A DNA stretch of 63,773 bases, the filler included, from Welwitschia mirabilis (Eukaryota), in NCBI GenBank assembly GCA_051453625.1. It is 6 parts of one record of this genome, joined end to end, with 100 filler letters (N's around TTAATTAATTAA, not from the genome) between each part and the next. Parts side by side here need not be neighbours in the genome. Positions count along the whole stretch, not along the records: positions 1 to 19,596 come from JBOZIK010000001.1; positions 19,697 to 26,397 come from JBOZIK010000001.1; 4 more parts are not named here. One strand, given 5' to 3'. Under the pieces are notes generated by a model. That model did no database searches and was not told the DNA's origin. It worked only from the letters and a program-made list of their open reading frames with translations. This document shows positions 10,967-25,500 of the stretch, piece by piece. Numbering within the stretch: position 1 is the first letter of the stretch; every line of letters begins with the position of its first letter. A program made the translations under genes and the position numbers.

Positions 10967-13200
10967 AGGATTCATCCACACTATAGTAGAACACATAGGA
11001 TGAGGCTTTTGTAAGTTTACAAGATGAGGTCTAAGGGCCTAAGGTACCAAAAAAGGCACCTTAGTTATTATTTGGATCTCCTATATGTTAAAGATGATAT
11101 GCTTTCATAACTCCTTATCTATGTCCTAGTGATAAAAGAGCTTATGTAATACTATATTATTAGGTAAGTTGAGAAGATACCCATTTGTGGGTTGATACTT
11201 TTTGAAAGGAATATTGTTAGGCCATCTTTGATAAGCCTTTTCATTGGAGCTATCAATATCCTTATCAAGATTATGGATAGGATGATTTCCTTTAGATACC
11301 ATGTCTAAAAACTATAATGAATCTAAAGTTAACAAATAGATATGAACTTACAAAACTCTCAATTGAAGGCAACAATGGTTGTCAGATTTAAATTGATGAC
11401 CAAAGTTTATCAATCCGTTGTCTCTTCTTTGTTGACTTAGCTTGCCCCAAAACCACATTAAAGAAAGTAAAACATATTATTTAAATTGTTATTCTTAAGT
11501 TCTATGGATAATTTCTTATGTTAAAAGCCTATTCAATACTTTGAACTAACTTTCATTTGGCAGGTCGTTATGGGGATTATTTCCATTTGTATTGATTTGC
11601 TTTCTATGTTTGACTTAACTAATTTTTCAAGAAATGATGCAACTATTTTATTTTATTTAATTTTTTTTTAAACAAGGTTACCCCTAATGAGATTATTATC
11701 GTCCACTTGTTTTTTTTTTCAATTAATGACTCCCCTTAGCCATAGAGAATGATTAAGGGAGATTTCATTTATCCAAGTCTCTAAGGTAATAATAAAACTA
11801 CATGAGAGAGATAGAGGACAACTTGTTTACCACTAATAAAACTATGAAGCATGATGCTTTCTTGAAAAATGCTTATAAACCACATACATGTCTCTTTATA
11901 TAAATTTTGAATTGCAAACAACAAAGCTTCCACAATTCCGATATTCTACAATCATAGCCAAATTTTATACTAGATGATCAAACTGTATACTTTAGAGAAG
12001 CCCACAAAATACATGTCTGTCTTTTTGTTAAGGCATTTATCTTCATCACTAAGATGCTTCAAAGTGATATGATGATCTACTATAGAATGACATTGTTTAA
12101 AGCCTACTTGAGATATTGCTTGAAGTTACTACCAATTTTTGCTTCAATGACAATTCCCATGAGTCTTAAGAAATGATTGTTGATATTTGATTTATTTCTT
12201 TTAAACAACATAATAACTCTCTTAATACATCATCCTTTGTCTAATCTAACACATTATTGAATTTTTTTTAATACTACTTCTCAAACAAGATACTGATCCC
12301 ACTTTAACATTTCCTTATATGAGCCTGCATTTGTTGCTTTCCCTAAACTAGTTTTAGATTCGTAAACAATTTCAATAAATACAACGGATGCTTTCCTATT
12401 AGAATCAGGAGGAAATTCTATTCCATTATTATTCTTATATAAGTCTTAATAAAAATTTTCAACATTTTGGAAAAAAAAATTGTCTTCTATTCTATTTATG
12501 CAAAAGGAACTTTCAAAGACACATGTTCTTTCCTCTTTCTTTCTTCTTCTTCTTCTTTTTTTTTTTTTTACAAAGCAAGTATTGTAATTCCAATTGTCTT
12601 TCTCTAATAAATTGTTGCTTTTTATTATAGATTAGATTCTTATAGGATATAATTTTTTTCTAGTCACTTTATTGATTTTTTTTTTGGCACTTAAGAGTTA
12701 ACTTTGGTTTTTTGCCTTTATCGTTAAACCGATGGGTTTCCCCCAATATTTGTCTGCTTTATACCTTTGGAACAATATGTAACAAAATTTTCAAAAGATT
12801 TGCAAAATTATCCTAACTTTTTTGGACTTCAATTTGAAAATCTTGCTCAACGTTTTTTTAATAAGAATAAAAATATGTTGAAATAGTAAAATAGAGAAGC
12901 CTATGGATAGTAAAATATATTAAAATGTATTCCTTGCAACTCTCTCACTCTCACTCTCTTTCCTTTTTCCCCCTTTTGTGTTTGTTTAAAACAAAAGACA
13001 AATACATCTATGATATTTATGAAGAGTTATTTGTTTAACTTGTAAATTTAATCCTTAATAACAAAAGGGGATATTAAACTCAAAACTTTATTAACAATTT
13101 CTAAAATATTACTTTGCAAGGTTCTAAAATTTTAGGTTGAAAAGTCATTTAATGTACTAACACTGAGTATGTTACATAACAAAATTGGACTAATCACTTA

Positions 13201-13394
13201 GAAATCTACTCAGTAATTTGGGTATCATGTAGCTTTTAAAGAATTCTACTCAGTAATTAAAGAATTCTAGTCAGTAATTTGGGTATCATGAAAATAACTT
13301 TCCTTGACAGAGAACAGTTCAAGAGCTTTTAGATCCTCATGTAGCTTTCAAAAGAAGTTTCTAAACCAAACCTCAGTAATTTGGGAATTTCATG
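13201..13394. repeat. Repeat mosaic just downstream of the UAH stop (likely 3' UTR)
   Basis: TCAGTAATT(TGGG..TCATG) at about 13210, 13250, 13271 and 13373; TCATGTAGCTTT.AAAGAA twice. Confidence 0.7.
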
Positions 13395-13412
13395 ATAATG
13401 AAAACTACGTTG

Positions 13413-13510
13413 TCATTCATGAGAAAGGTTAGCAAGAGTGACTGCCAAAACTTTTACTCCATTAGAAATATCATCAATGGAGGCAAACTCATCTGGCCTG
13501 TGACTATACC
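13413..13510 (-). CDS. UAH: UAH last coding exon (G)[31 protein letters not shown], 98 bp
   Basis: Acceptor attttcag|GG; YSH metal-ligand motif; TGA at 13413-13415. Confidence 0.95.
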
Positions 13511-16500
13511 CTGAAAATACAAAAATCAACAAATATGTAATACATAGTTTCATGCTAGAAAGATGAATACAGTAGAAGCAAGCATGTCCTAAGTAGAACT
13601 ACTAAATTTGAATTTGAGTCAAGCAGCTGATCAATATTTTTAAAAAACAAGTTCATGCTTTGTAATATTTCAAAAGGAAATAACAGAAGTTCTTAGGATG
13701 CAAGCTAGCCATAATGAGTATAAACTTTTCTAACAATTCCAAAATGAAAAGATTTCAAAGAATGAACACCCGTTAGAGATGCCCCAAGTGCATGCAAGGA
13801 TGGTGACAGTGAATAGTCTAGAACAACTTGAATAGTCATCATCACAATGGAAGTGTAAAGAAATGGGGATGACACCTATAATTTACGAACTGCAAGATTC
13901 TTGAATTTTATATACAGGCTACAATACGCAAAATGCCTGAGCAAAGGTGCAACTTGGAGCTTCTTTAGGTTCCCAAGAAATTACTTGAAAATCTTTTCAG
14001 TAGCAAAACATATTGAATTCCCTATAATCATGAACAATCAATCCTGCAGTCAGCAATGTGGTTCCACAAATGTTGAACAATGGAGGTGGGATCCCCCACT
14101 CAGTCACAGTGTTAATTTAGAATTGGAATGGATTCTTAGGCAGTTTATGATCTTTAAACAATTAACAAATGGATGTCTTTTGTCATTGCTAAAATGACTG
14201 CTATATCTGTCTTTCAAGAGGCAAATAAGTGGTATCACTTTGAACCTGGTCTAGGCAACCTTGTGATATAACCAGCCCTTTCCGCCCATCATTTGCAGCC
14301 ACTTGACTACCATTAAGCACCAACATGTTAAGCTTAAGGAAGACCTAAGAATGGTAACTCAATCTGACTTGGTATCAAGGAAAATCTGCTAGCCAAACCT
14401 CAGTACTAAGCATAGAACTTTTAGGAATGGCAAATTAACAGCACCCTTTACAGCCATAGCTATCCATAAAGGAGAATATGATAAATATGATGTACCTCAG
14501 TAGTAGGCAAACTGACCAGATCAGCCTTAAAATGGGACACTACCTTACCGACAATTGACTACTTAGCCTTAAGATAGGACACTACCTTACTGACAATAGA
14601 CTACCTTGTATAAGCTCCCCACCTGCTTGATTGATGTGAACAGGATTCAAGAGCACACTTGATTGAACTGACATACTGCCCCACAATAATTGTGGGAGAG
14701 GATTTTTGTCCCACAGTCTAGAATATGGTCTTTGTCCCTGAAGGCATTTCCTTGACTATACCTCAATTTCCTTGTATGGATGATAAAACTGATTTTATCA
14801 AACAAAAGTCCATTTTCATATTCTTAGATGTGCAAAGGCCTACCAATGAACTTCATAGGGTAAGATATCCTTGTAAGAGAGAATGGAAAATGCCTTTTGA
14901 AGAATCACATAGAATCTTCTATCATTAAATCCATTTGCTCTAATGACTGAAAATTAACTCAACTGTATACATGACCTTTCTAAAAGATTATTTGACACTC
15001 AAGACACTTGCTTTCTTACTCTACTCTTCCTACCTAGTACCTAGTGATTCCAAACATTTTAAAATCTCTTTCAACTATTTGTTTGTGCTTCAGTTCATTT
15101 CATCTAACACAGACTGGGCTTTTTCTTCTGACGGTTCATAGAATGAACTTGTGTCAGGACACTCCTCACAAGGATCATAACCCTTGGGAGGAAGGCTTGT
15201 CTGGGGTTAGTGCTTAAGTTTTGAAAATTCTTAACTTGATCAATAGGTTACTAAACAAATTAACAAATGAATTAACTACCACAAGAAATAAATGATCAAG
15301 TTAGCATGCAAGTTATAGTTGTTTGGTTTGTTTCTACTCCACTCATAAAGAAATAGCGTCTTTCTTCCCAATTCCCATAAGAAGGAATCCTTTAAAACCA
15401 AGAATGATTTTCCAAAGGGCAACCAATCAACCCTTTACAATCAGTTTATAATCTCCAACTGAATCTTCTTGAGGCTAGGATTCATCCTTCACTAGTCAAT
15501 GACACACATCTTATCAGCCCTAGAGGGTGGGATGGCAGGGCAGGTGTGAAAAAGGGTGATGATCAAAATATAGTCATTTTAGTTAAATGAAATTCATCAC
15601 CAGATCATCATTCTAGCATTTTCGGATCTACATGGTTTTAACTAACAAAATCAACCACAAAAGTTAGAAATGGAATAGTAATTTGAATTTTAAACTAACA
15701 AAAGGACACTATAAATTGCAAAACTAAAAAGAATTTAGCTCATAAAAGTTTATAGTGGTTTGCCATAAGCCTACTCCACTCTCATGAGAATTAAATCTTT
15801 TTGTCCCTATTTCTGTTCATCATGCAAATTCCCACCACAATGGTTTTCACTTTGGCTAAACACAAACAAAAAGAGCAACAAGCAGTTAAATCTTTTCACT
15901 AGCTGAGATTCAACCACAATAGCTTGACAAAAATTATGGTTGAAGATGCCTTAAAGCATTGGAAGCCATCCTTGAAGTCCCAAGCCTCAATAATGCCATA
16001 ATTAGGTGTAATGAGAATGGAAAGAATTCTTTTTGGATTGTCAAGAGTATAAATAACCTTTGCCACAAGGATAAAGACCGTTTTTTAGCAAGTTAATTGA
16101 GAAACTTAATTTGAAATGAACTTCAAATTGAGGGCAATGACTCTTTGTGCTTGAGGATGATTGTTTAGGAGTCTAACTAAAGATTTCCCAATTATCGGAA
16201 TCACTTCTGATGCCAATCACACTATCTGAAAGATAATTGACCCATTGATATCCCTTCACTGCTCATCTCACCCACTTTTAACAATCATTACAAATTTGGT
16301 TGCCCCACATCGAATGCCACATCGAATGCCACATCGACATAGATCAATTTAGACATTTCACAGGTTAGATTGACCCACTTTAAGCTTCTTCAATCTGTTG
16401 AAATGTTAAAGTGACATTTTTAGTCAATTCCCATTGAAAATTTAAAATAAAAAAAACAGAAGCTTAAATGGTTAGAATGGTAAAAAGACAAGAGGTCATT

Positions 16501-19500
16501 GGATGAAATCTAAATTTCCCTATTTAGAAGCAAACCATCCAAGAAAGCATTTTAACCATCTCATTTCCTTTGCTGCCTTTGTGAAAGGAAAATATTCAGT
16601 CGTTCTAGTGGATGGGCCAACGTCTTATTGGAGACATGATAACTCAGTACACCATCACAAAGGATAAAGACATAACCAATGGTGGATTTTTGAGTATCTC
16701 TACAACCTGCAAAATTTACATCTAAAAAGCCAACAATATGAAATATGTCACCTCCAAAATACGAAGCGTCATTTTGTGATCCATTTAGGTATTAAAGTAT
16801 CCATTTTAATGCTTGTCAATACTTGGAATTAGGATTACTTATATATCGAAAGAAAACTCCCACTGCATATAATGTCTATATAGGTACACTTCACAGCATA
16901 CATGATTATGTCGACAATAGATGTACAAAGGATTGAAGCCATTATACTTTTACCCTCTTAGGGTAAGGACAATCATTCTTAAATGGGTGAAATCATGATG
17001 TCATAGTGCTAATAGGTTTGCAATTTTACATATGAAAGTTTTCCAACACTTGTGCCAATGTAGCCCACCTAGCTCAACCATAGCTTACCATTGTTTCTAT
17101 CACCGTGAATTCGTGTTCTAGGAATTTTATTAGGAGGGCCTAGATATTTAGTTCCAAAGTATCTTGCCATCTAAGATTTCAACTGCTTAGCTTCATCAAT
17201 ATTATTTCTTCCTATAAGCAGGTCATCAACATACAGCAACAAAATAATAGTTATATTTGTCATTAAGCCATGTAAATACACATCGTGATCAACTTAACAT
17301 CTAGAGTATTATTACTCCTACATGAAGGAATCACATGTCTTATACCATTGTTTGGGAGGTTTTCAAAGCCACAAAGGCTCCTTCTCAATTTGCACACAAG
17401 TCTAGGACTGCAATCCACAAAGGTAGGAAGAAGTTTAATATTAATTTCCTCCATAAATTCATCATGCAAAAAAGCTATTTAACATTCAATTACTATAATT
17501 CCAAATAAAATATACAACCACGGACAAAATGACATGAATTAAAGTCAACACCAGGCTTCCTTTTAAAGCCTTTAACTACCAAACTAGGCTGCATGTTTTC
17601 CAATCATTAGCCTCTTCTTTGATCCTATACAACCGTTAGTTATGAATAGAACGTTTACTTTTGGGAAGAGGCACAAGCTCTGATATATTATTCTAAAACA
17701 AAAAGTTCATCTCCTCTTGCATGGCCTTAAGCATTTTCAGAATCTAGGCTACTAATTGGTTCTTCATAAGTTTCAGGTTCATCACAATCAACATACAAGA
17801 GGTAATTCAAAGAAGAAGAATACTTGATCAGAGATCTAGATACCCTTCTAGACCTTATAACCCAAAATGTTGGTGTTTTAGGTTTGTCAAATTGTCCTCA
17901 TGAATTTCAAGATATTGCAAGTTCAAAGACATACTCATAACCATCATTACGATTAGAATCCGATTCAATGCTACCATCATCTGATACTCTTTCCTCATAT
18001 TCTTCCAGATCTAGACTTTAAAATTTACATGTTGGGTGCTACAAATAGGACTCTCCTTGTCATATGCCTTCACATGTGAGCGAAAAACATCATGTCTTCC
18101 CCAAATGGCACATCATGTAATGTTAACACTTTTTGATTCACAACATCCAAAACGCTAAACCCTCATATCATCATCACCATAGGTGAGAAAAGCATTCTTG
18201 TGTGCATGAGCGTCTAACTTTGATGTGGTAGATACATGATTGTAAGCCTCACATCCAAATGTTTAGAGATGGATCCAAGAGACATGACTTCCACTCCACA
18301 ATATTTCTAGAATTTGACCTTCAAGGGTTCTATGTTGTGACCTATTTAGCAAGTACACAAATGTATTTTCTACCTCTGCCCATAGCTTCTTGAGAACTCT
18401 TGATTTAGACATAAAAGTTTTAACCCTTTTCCATGATGGTTCTATTGTCTTTTTGCAACCCCCTTCTATTTGTGTGTGTTAGAAATTGTTCTCTCATGAA
18501 CAATTCTTGCTTCCCTACAAAACTGCTCAAACTCCAATAAGCAAAATTTTGTCAATTAGCACATCTTTTATTTTCTTGCCTGTTTTAGTTTCAACTGTAG
18601 ATTTAGACGTTGTAAATGTAGCAAGGGCCATGTCTTTCGAGTCAAGGATATAACCATATTTTTCTAGTATGATCATCAACAAAAGTGATGAAGTATTAAC
18701 CATAGAGACATGATTTATCACTCCTACTAAATTAGAATGAAGCAACTCTAAAACAAATGGCTTTTTACACTAAAAATTTCTTCTAAGTTCATTGTTTTAC
18801 TTTACCTACTACATAGCAAGAACAAACATCAAGAGACATAGTGTTCCAGTTGATTCTTTGATTGAATATCCTTTAGACTAGTTTTGCTTAGATGCCCTAG
18901 TCCTTGATGCCATACAACTACAATATTCTTCTCTACTGCTACAACATTCCCAAACATGGGTTTAGCCCTCAAAATGTACACCGACCCCTCTTTCTTAGCA
19001 TGCAACAACGTCATTGTTCCCTTGGCACTCTTCCTGTTATTACATCCAAATGTGATTCTATAATCACCTTCATCTAACATGCTAGTGGATATCAGACTCT
19101 TTTTGTGAAAGAATCTATGGTAGCATCCAAGGTTTCAATGATGTCTACGTCTGGGAATTGGCTTCACCAAAATGTTGAAAATCAGAAGTTGTGCCAACCG
19201 GGATGTTTGGCCTATTATATGGGACGTCCGACCCTATACGTGGTAAATGTATGGGGACNNNNNNNNNNNNNNNNNNNNNNNNNNNNNNNNNNNNNNNNNN
19301 NNNNNNNNNNNNNNNNNNNNNNNNNNNNNNNNNNNNNNNNNNNNNNNNNNNNGTACGCAGGAATCAAGTATGGGGACGTTCGATATTTTCATCAGTACGT
19401 CTGACTCTACATTCAATCCAAATCTATGGGTACATCTGATCTCTGAAATGGGACGTCCAGGCTTCTTCTTAGTTTTGACAAGAATCTGGCATTACAACCA

Positions 19501-22500
19501 GGACACTCGGTCTAAAATAATGGGACATCTGGCTCAGTGAACATTGAAGTGGAAATATAACCGTTGCAGCTGCCAAAGTGACGCTTTTCAAAATGCNNNN
19601 NNNNNNNNNNNNNNNNNNNNNNNNNNNNNNNNNNNNNNNNTTAATTAATTAANNNNNNNNNNNNNNNNNNNNNNNNNNNNNNNNNNNNNNNNNNNNGAGC
19701 AGTTACTCTAAGATCCAGAGGCGAATGGGATAAGATGACAAGAGACTAGTTCAGAATAATGCCAAGGCTATGAATGCTATAATTTGTGCTTGTCAATTTA
19801 GGAGTACGACAGGATTGCACAATGTACCAATGCTAAAAAAATGTGGGAAACTCTGAAAGTAACACATGAAAGTATGAACGTTATGAAGAATTCAAAGCTC
19901 CAACTTCTTGCTACCAAATTTGAAAATATAAGGATGAAAAAATCGAATTAGTAGCAAAATTCACAACAAAGATCAGTAACATAATCAACAATATGTAGGG
20001 CTTGGATGAAATAATACCTAAGAATTGAGTGGTAAGGAAAATTCAAAGAAGTCTTACTCTAAAGTTCAGACCTAAAGTGATAACCATTGAAGAAAGCAAG
20101 GATATGGATAGGAGGAAGGTGGAGGAATTGAAAGGCTCCTTGATAGCCTAGGAACCAACTGTTCCCCCGAATGAGGAAACACCAAAATAGAAGAGCATTA
20201 CACTAAAAGCAAATGAGGATCCAAATGACAATAGCTCAAGTGAAGACAACCTTGATGAAGATTTAGCTCTTCTCACCAGAAATTTCAAACAGTTCTTACG
20301 TAAGAAGAAGGATTCAAAATTCTCCAAATGACCGATGAAAGGTAAAATGGACAAAGGTAAGAAATCTTCTCAATCAATTCAATGTTATGAATGCAAAGGC
20401 TTTGTCATGTAGTTGCAGATTGTACAAACAACAAAAAGAACAAAAGAGACAAGGGAAAGAAAGTGTTCAAAGCTACATGGGATGAATCAGAAGATGAATA
20501 AATGGACTCAAGTGAAGAAGATGACATGGTGAATTTCGGACTTCTTGCCATAGCAGACGAGGTAAGTACTTCTACTCCTTTTAGTCATTTGAATATTGAT
20601 AATGCTTCTAGTTCTAAACACAAATTTTCTAAAAATGTCTCTCTTGCTTACGATGATTTAGATGTTGATGGAATTTCTAACACTTATAAAAAGATGTATA
20701 CGTTTAGCGTAAGCCTAAGAAAGAAAAATGCTTCTTTTAGAAAAACGATTGATATTTTAGAATGTAAATTAAAAGAGGCAAACTCAAAAATTAAGTCTTT
20801 AACCCTTGAACTTCAAAATGCTAAAGTTATTGCAACCCGTTTAACTAGAGGAAATGACAATCTAAACAAATTGTTGGGTTTAGGATGCAATCCTTAGGAC
20901 AAATCAGGGCTTGGCTGTAACACAACCAGTTCTCTGGTCTTACAAAACTTTGGGCCTAGCACAAAATTTGAAACTTTGCCAAAGCTAGCCTCAAGTGTTA
21001 TTTTTGCAACAAATATGGTCACGTTCAGATTGCTTGTCCCTATAAGAAATCACTTTAATTTAATTTAAACTATGGTTTTAGATTTGTCAGAAAAACCCCT
21101 CAACTTGGTCGACATCGACAAGTCAAACCTCAATGGGTTAGAAAGAAGTTACCCTCTCTTTTTGCACATGCTGCTTTTAAAACCCAAGATTGCAGTAAGT
21201 GGTATTTAGATAGTGGGTGTTCTAGACACATGAAAGGAGATAAAAACCTGCTTTCATCTTTTCAGGACTACAACAGTGGGAAGTGATGTTTGGTGACTAC
21301 AGTAAGGGGTTCATTGTTGGAAAGGATACTGTGAATGCTAATAATGATCATCCAACTATTCATGATGTGTATCTAGTCAATGGCCTAAAACACAATCTTC
21401 AAAGTATATCCCAAATATGTGATAGAGGCAATATTGTGTCATTTCACCAAGACAACTGTTTATACATAATGCTATCACCAACAAAATTCTGCTCACAAGT
21501 AATAGATCTAGATGCATGTATGTAATCGGAAAGAACAATATCAAATCGAGTAAGAATTATTAGTTTGCTAGAAATGATGATATCAATCTCTGACATAAAA
21601 GACTAGGTCATATAAACCTCAAGGATTTAACCAAGACCTCTTCAAATTGTGGAAGGAGTTCCTAAACTCAATATGGATTGAGCAAAGATGTGTGAGTCAC
21701 GTGTCAAAGGAAAAATAACCAAAACTCACTTCAAAAGTAAAATCCTCACAACCTCCATGAGACCTCTAGATCTAATTAATATGGATTTGGTTGGACTTGT
21801 TCAAACAAAAAGTATTGGAGAAAAAAACATATTTTCTAGTCATGATTGACAATTTCTCCTGTTTCTATTGGGTCTCTTTCTTATGCAGTAAGGACAAAGC
21901 ATTCAATGCATTTGTCAACATATGTAAAAGAATTCAGAATGAGAAAGGCTACTTTATTAAGACCATTTGATCAGATAGAGGAGGTGAGTTTGTTAATAAA
22001 AAATTTGAAAGTTTTTGTGACTCACATGGCATATCTTATCAACTCTCAGCTCCAAGAACCCCTCAACAAAATGGGGTAGCTGAAAGAAAAAATAGAGTTC
22101 TAATAGAAATGACTAGGACCATGATAAATGATAAAGTGTTCCCTCAACATTTTTGGGCAGACGTTGTTAATACTGCTTGTTACATTAGCAACAGAGTTTT
22201 TCTGAGACCAACCTCAGATAAAACACCTTCTGAGTGGTGGAATGGAAAGAAACGCAACATAAATTACTTCAAGGTGTTTGGACGCAAATGTCTAATTCTC
22301 AAGGACAAAGGAGAAAATGGAAAACTTGAATCTAAGCTGATGAAGGAATATTTCTAGGATATTCCATAATGAGCAAAGCATACAGGGTTTACAACAAAGC
22401 ATCCGGTAGAGTTGAAGAAATTGTTCATACCAAGATTGATGATGACTATAACACTAAACCAACATTTGATGATAGTGAAGATACTATTCTTGTTGAACCC

Positions 22501-25500
22501 ACATCTTCTAAAATTAACAATGGTTCTTCCACAAATGAAAAGAAGCAAGTTCAGAAACATTCTACCCTATCTTTGAGAACCAAAAGAGATCATCCTCAAG
22601 GAAATGTCATAAGTAATATTTGTTACAAATCTAACAAGAAGAAAGTACTTCAACAAAATGGAACAACACAAAATTTACGTGGTTCGGGCTTTTATTACCC
22701 TACGTCCATGAGAAGCAATGTAGAGCTCTCTTGATTGATTAGGAGCAAATGTGTCTAGATACAACAAACAACCCTTTAACAGGTTTATATAGCCCTAGGG
22801 TTAGGGTNNNNNNNNNNNNNNNNNNNNNNNNNNNNNNNNNNNNNNNNNNNNNNNNNNNNNNNNNNNNNNNNNNNNNNNNNNNNNNNNNNNNNNNNNNNNN
22901 NNNNNNNNNNNNNNNNNNNNNNNNNNNNNNNNNNNNNNNNNNNNNNNNNNNNNNNNNNNNNNNNNNNNNNNNNNNNNNNNNNNNNNNNNNNNNNNNNNNN
23001 NNNNNNNNNNNNNNNNNNNNNNNNNNNNNNNNNNNNNNNNNNNNNNNNNNNNNNNNNNNNNNNNNNNNNNNNNNNNNNNNNNNNNNNNNNNNNNNNNNNN
23101 NNNNNNNNNNNNNNNNNNNNNNNNNNNNNNNNNNNNNNNNNNNNNNNNNNNNNNNNNNNNNNNNNNNNNNNNNNNNNNNNNNNNNNNNNNNNNNNNNNNN
23201 NNNNNNNNNNNNNNNNNNNNNNNNNNNNNNNNNNNNNNNNNNNNNNNNNNNNNNNNNNNNNNNNNNNNNNNNNNNNNNNNNNNNNNNNNNNNNNNNNNNN
23301 NNNNNNNNNNNNNNNNNNNNNNNNNNNNNNNNNNNNNNNNNNNNNNNNNNNNNNNNNNNNNNNNNNNNNNNNNNNNNNNNNNNNNNNNNNNNNNNNNNNN
23401 NNNNNNNNNNNNNNNNNNNNNNNNNNNNNNNNNNNNNNNNNNNNNNNNNNNNNNNNNNNNNNNNNNNNNNNNNNNNNNNNNNNNNNNNNNNNNNNNNNNN
23501 NNNNNNNNNNNNNNNNNNNNNNNNNNNNNNNNNNNNNNNNNNNNNNNNNNNNNNNNNNNNNNNNNNNNNNNNNNNNNNNNNNNNNNNNNNNNNNNNNNNN
23601 NNNNNNNNNNNNNNNNNNNNNNNNNNNNNNNNNNNNNNNNNNNNNNNNNNNNNNNNNNNNNNNNNNNNNNNNNNNNNNNNNNNNNNNNNNNNNNNNNNNN
23701 NNNNNNNNNNNNNNNNNNNNNNNNNNNNNNNNNNNNNNNAACAAAATTCTACATCTCTATCGACTGCAAAAGCAGAGTACATTGTTGCAAGAGCCTGTTG
23801 TACTCAACTTTTGTGGATGAAATAAATGCTCTCGGTTTTTGGTGTAACACCATATTTAATAAAATTGTTTTGTGACAATACAAGTGTAATAAATATCACC
23901 AAAAATCCATTCCAACACTCGAGAACCAAACACATTAATATTAGACATCATTTCACTAAAGAGCAAGTGTAAAATAAAATAATTGAACTAGAACATGTCA
24001 ACCCATGATCAAATCACTGATATAATGACTAAAAGCTTATTTGGAGAAAGATTTACTTATCTTAAAAGAAATCTAGGTATAGGGGCTTGCCCTCTTTTCC
24101 AGTAAATCAGTTGTTGTTTATCCAGATGCGCTTTCCTGAGAAAATCTATCATTAAAGTGATTATAATTGTCTTTTTATAAACTTTGTCATATTTTGGGTG
24201 TTTTCTAAAATTTGTCTTTGTCTTGCACCTGGACATCCCGACTTAGCATCAAGACATCCCGAGCCTGATAGTAACCTAGACATCCCATCTTCGGTCTAAG
24301 ACGTCCGACCTTTTTCAAGTTTATTACAAAAAGGGGTTACAACCCATACGTCTGACCTTAAAATTCCAGAAGTCTGCTCGATAACGCAGACGTAACCCTA
24401 GCGTGATGCCTACTGCTTTCTATCTCTTTGAAAGCAAAACTTTTTTCTTTTCATTTATTTCTTCTCTCTTGCCTATCCTTGTCTTCCCTCTGGATTCTGA
24501 AACTTGGTCATCATGGTCAGAAGTAAGATTGGAATGTCCAGGAAGGGGAAAGAACCTGAATCTGAGTCTAAGTGGTTCTTGTCCCCTGAACATTGAAAAG
24601 CTTGGTTTGCTAGCTACATAAGAGACCTTTGGTGCCTAAAAGACAAATAGACTTCCAGTCCTTCAGAAGAGAAGTCCTAATTCTTGTCAAATTCGTAGAG
24701 CAAGACTGACAGTACGCTTTGCGCCCACATACCTAGGCATCTACCATAATGGTATGTTCATTTTATTGCAATGCCCATTTTCATTCATCAAACTGGGTCA
24801 TTACCACCAAAGTATATGGTAGAAGAGTTGATGTGGACCTAAAGTCAATCTCTCTGGTTACAAGTTATCCAAATGACGGTNNNNNNNNNNNNNNNNNNNN
24901 NNNNNNNNNNNNNNNNNNNNNNNNNNNNNNNNNNNNNNNNNNNNNNNNNNNNNNNNNNNNNNNNNNNNNNNNNNNNNNNNCTCTCTGGTTACAAGTTATC
25001 CAAATGAAGGTATGTTTAGAGAGATTATTTATGTCAGTTCCTTAAAAGAAGTAGTTTCTATTGAAGTATTGACAACAGAACTTTGTGGAACTAACTTCCA
25101 TTAGCGTGCCAACCTTCCCATAAACAAATTAACTTTGTTTTACAGAGTTTTGTTCAGATATTTACTCATAATCTTGTGCTAAAGCTGGGTCATAAAAATG
25201 AAGTCTCTCCTATTTGTTCATATATTTTGTTTTGTCTTGGTACACGAGTTTGTATCAATTTATGTAAATTTATTATTCTATATGAGTTAATTTATTCTAG
25301 TTGGTTACAGTAGTCTACCTTTTGAAGGCTTGATTACAGCCATTTTGGAGAATCATGATTTTGCCATACAGAAAGATGAACAAATGGTAAAGGTGCCCAA
25401 GCCTCGTGGGCTTTACTTGCTAAAGAAAATGAATATTCTTTCTAAAATCATTAGTCCCTCAACTCTTCCAAAGAAGAAACAACAAATAGAGGAAGGTACT

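Noticed and set aside
19641-19652. Recurrent TTAATTAATTAA palindrome as a biological motif
   Set aside because: Always centred in exactly 100-bp gaps; an assembly linker.
22791-22807. TAGGGTTAGGGT before a gap as telomeric repeat
   Set aside because: Only about two units, inside an LTR where AACCCTA motifs are common; the gap content is unknown.
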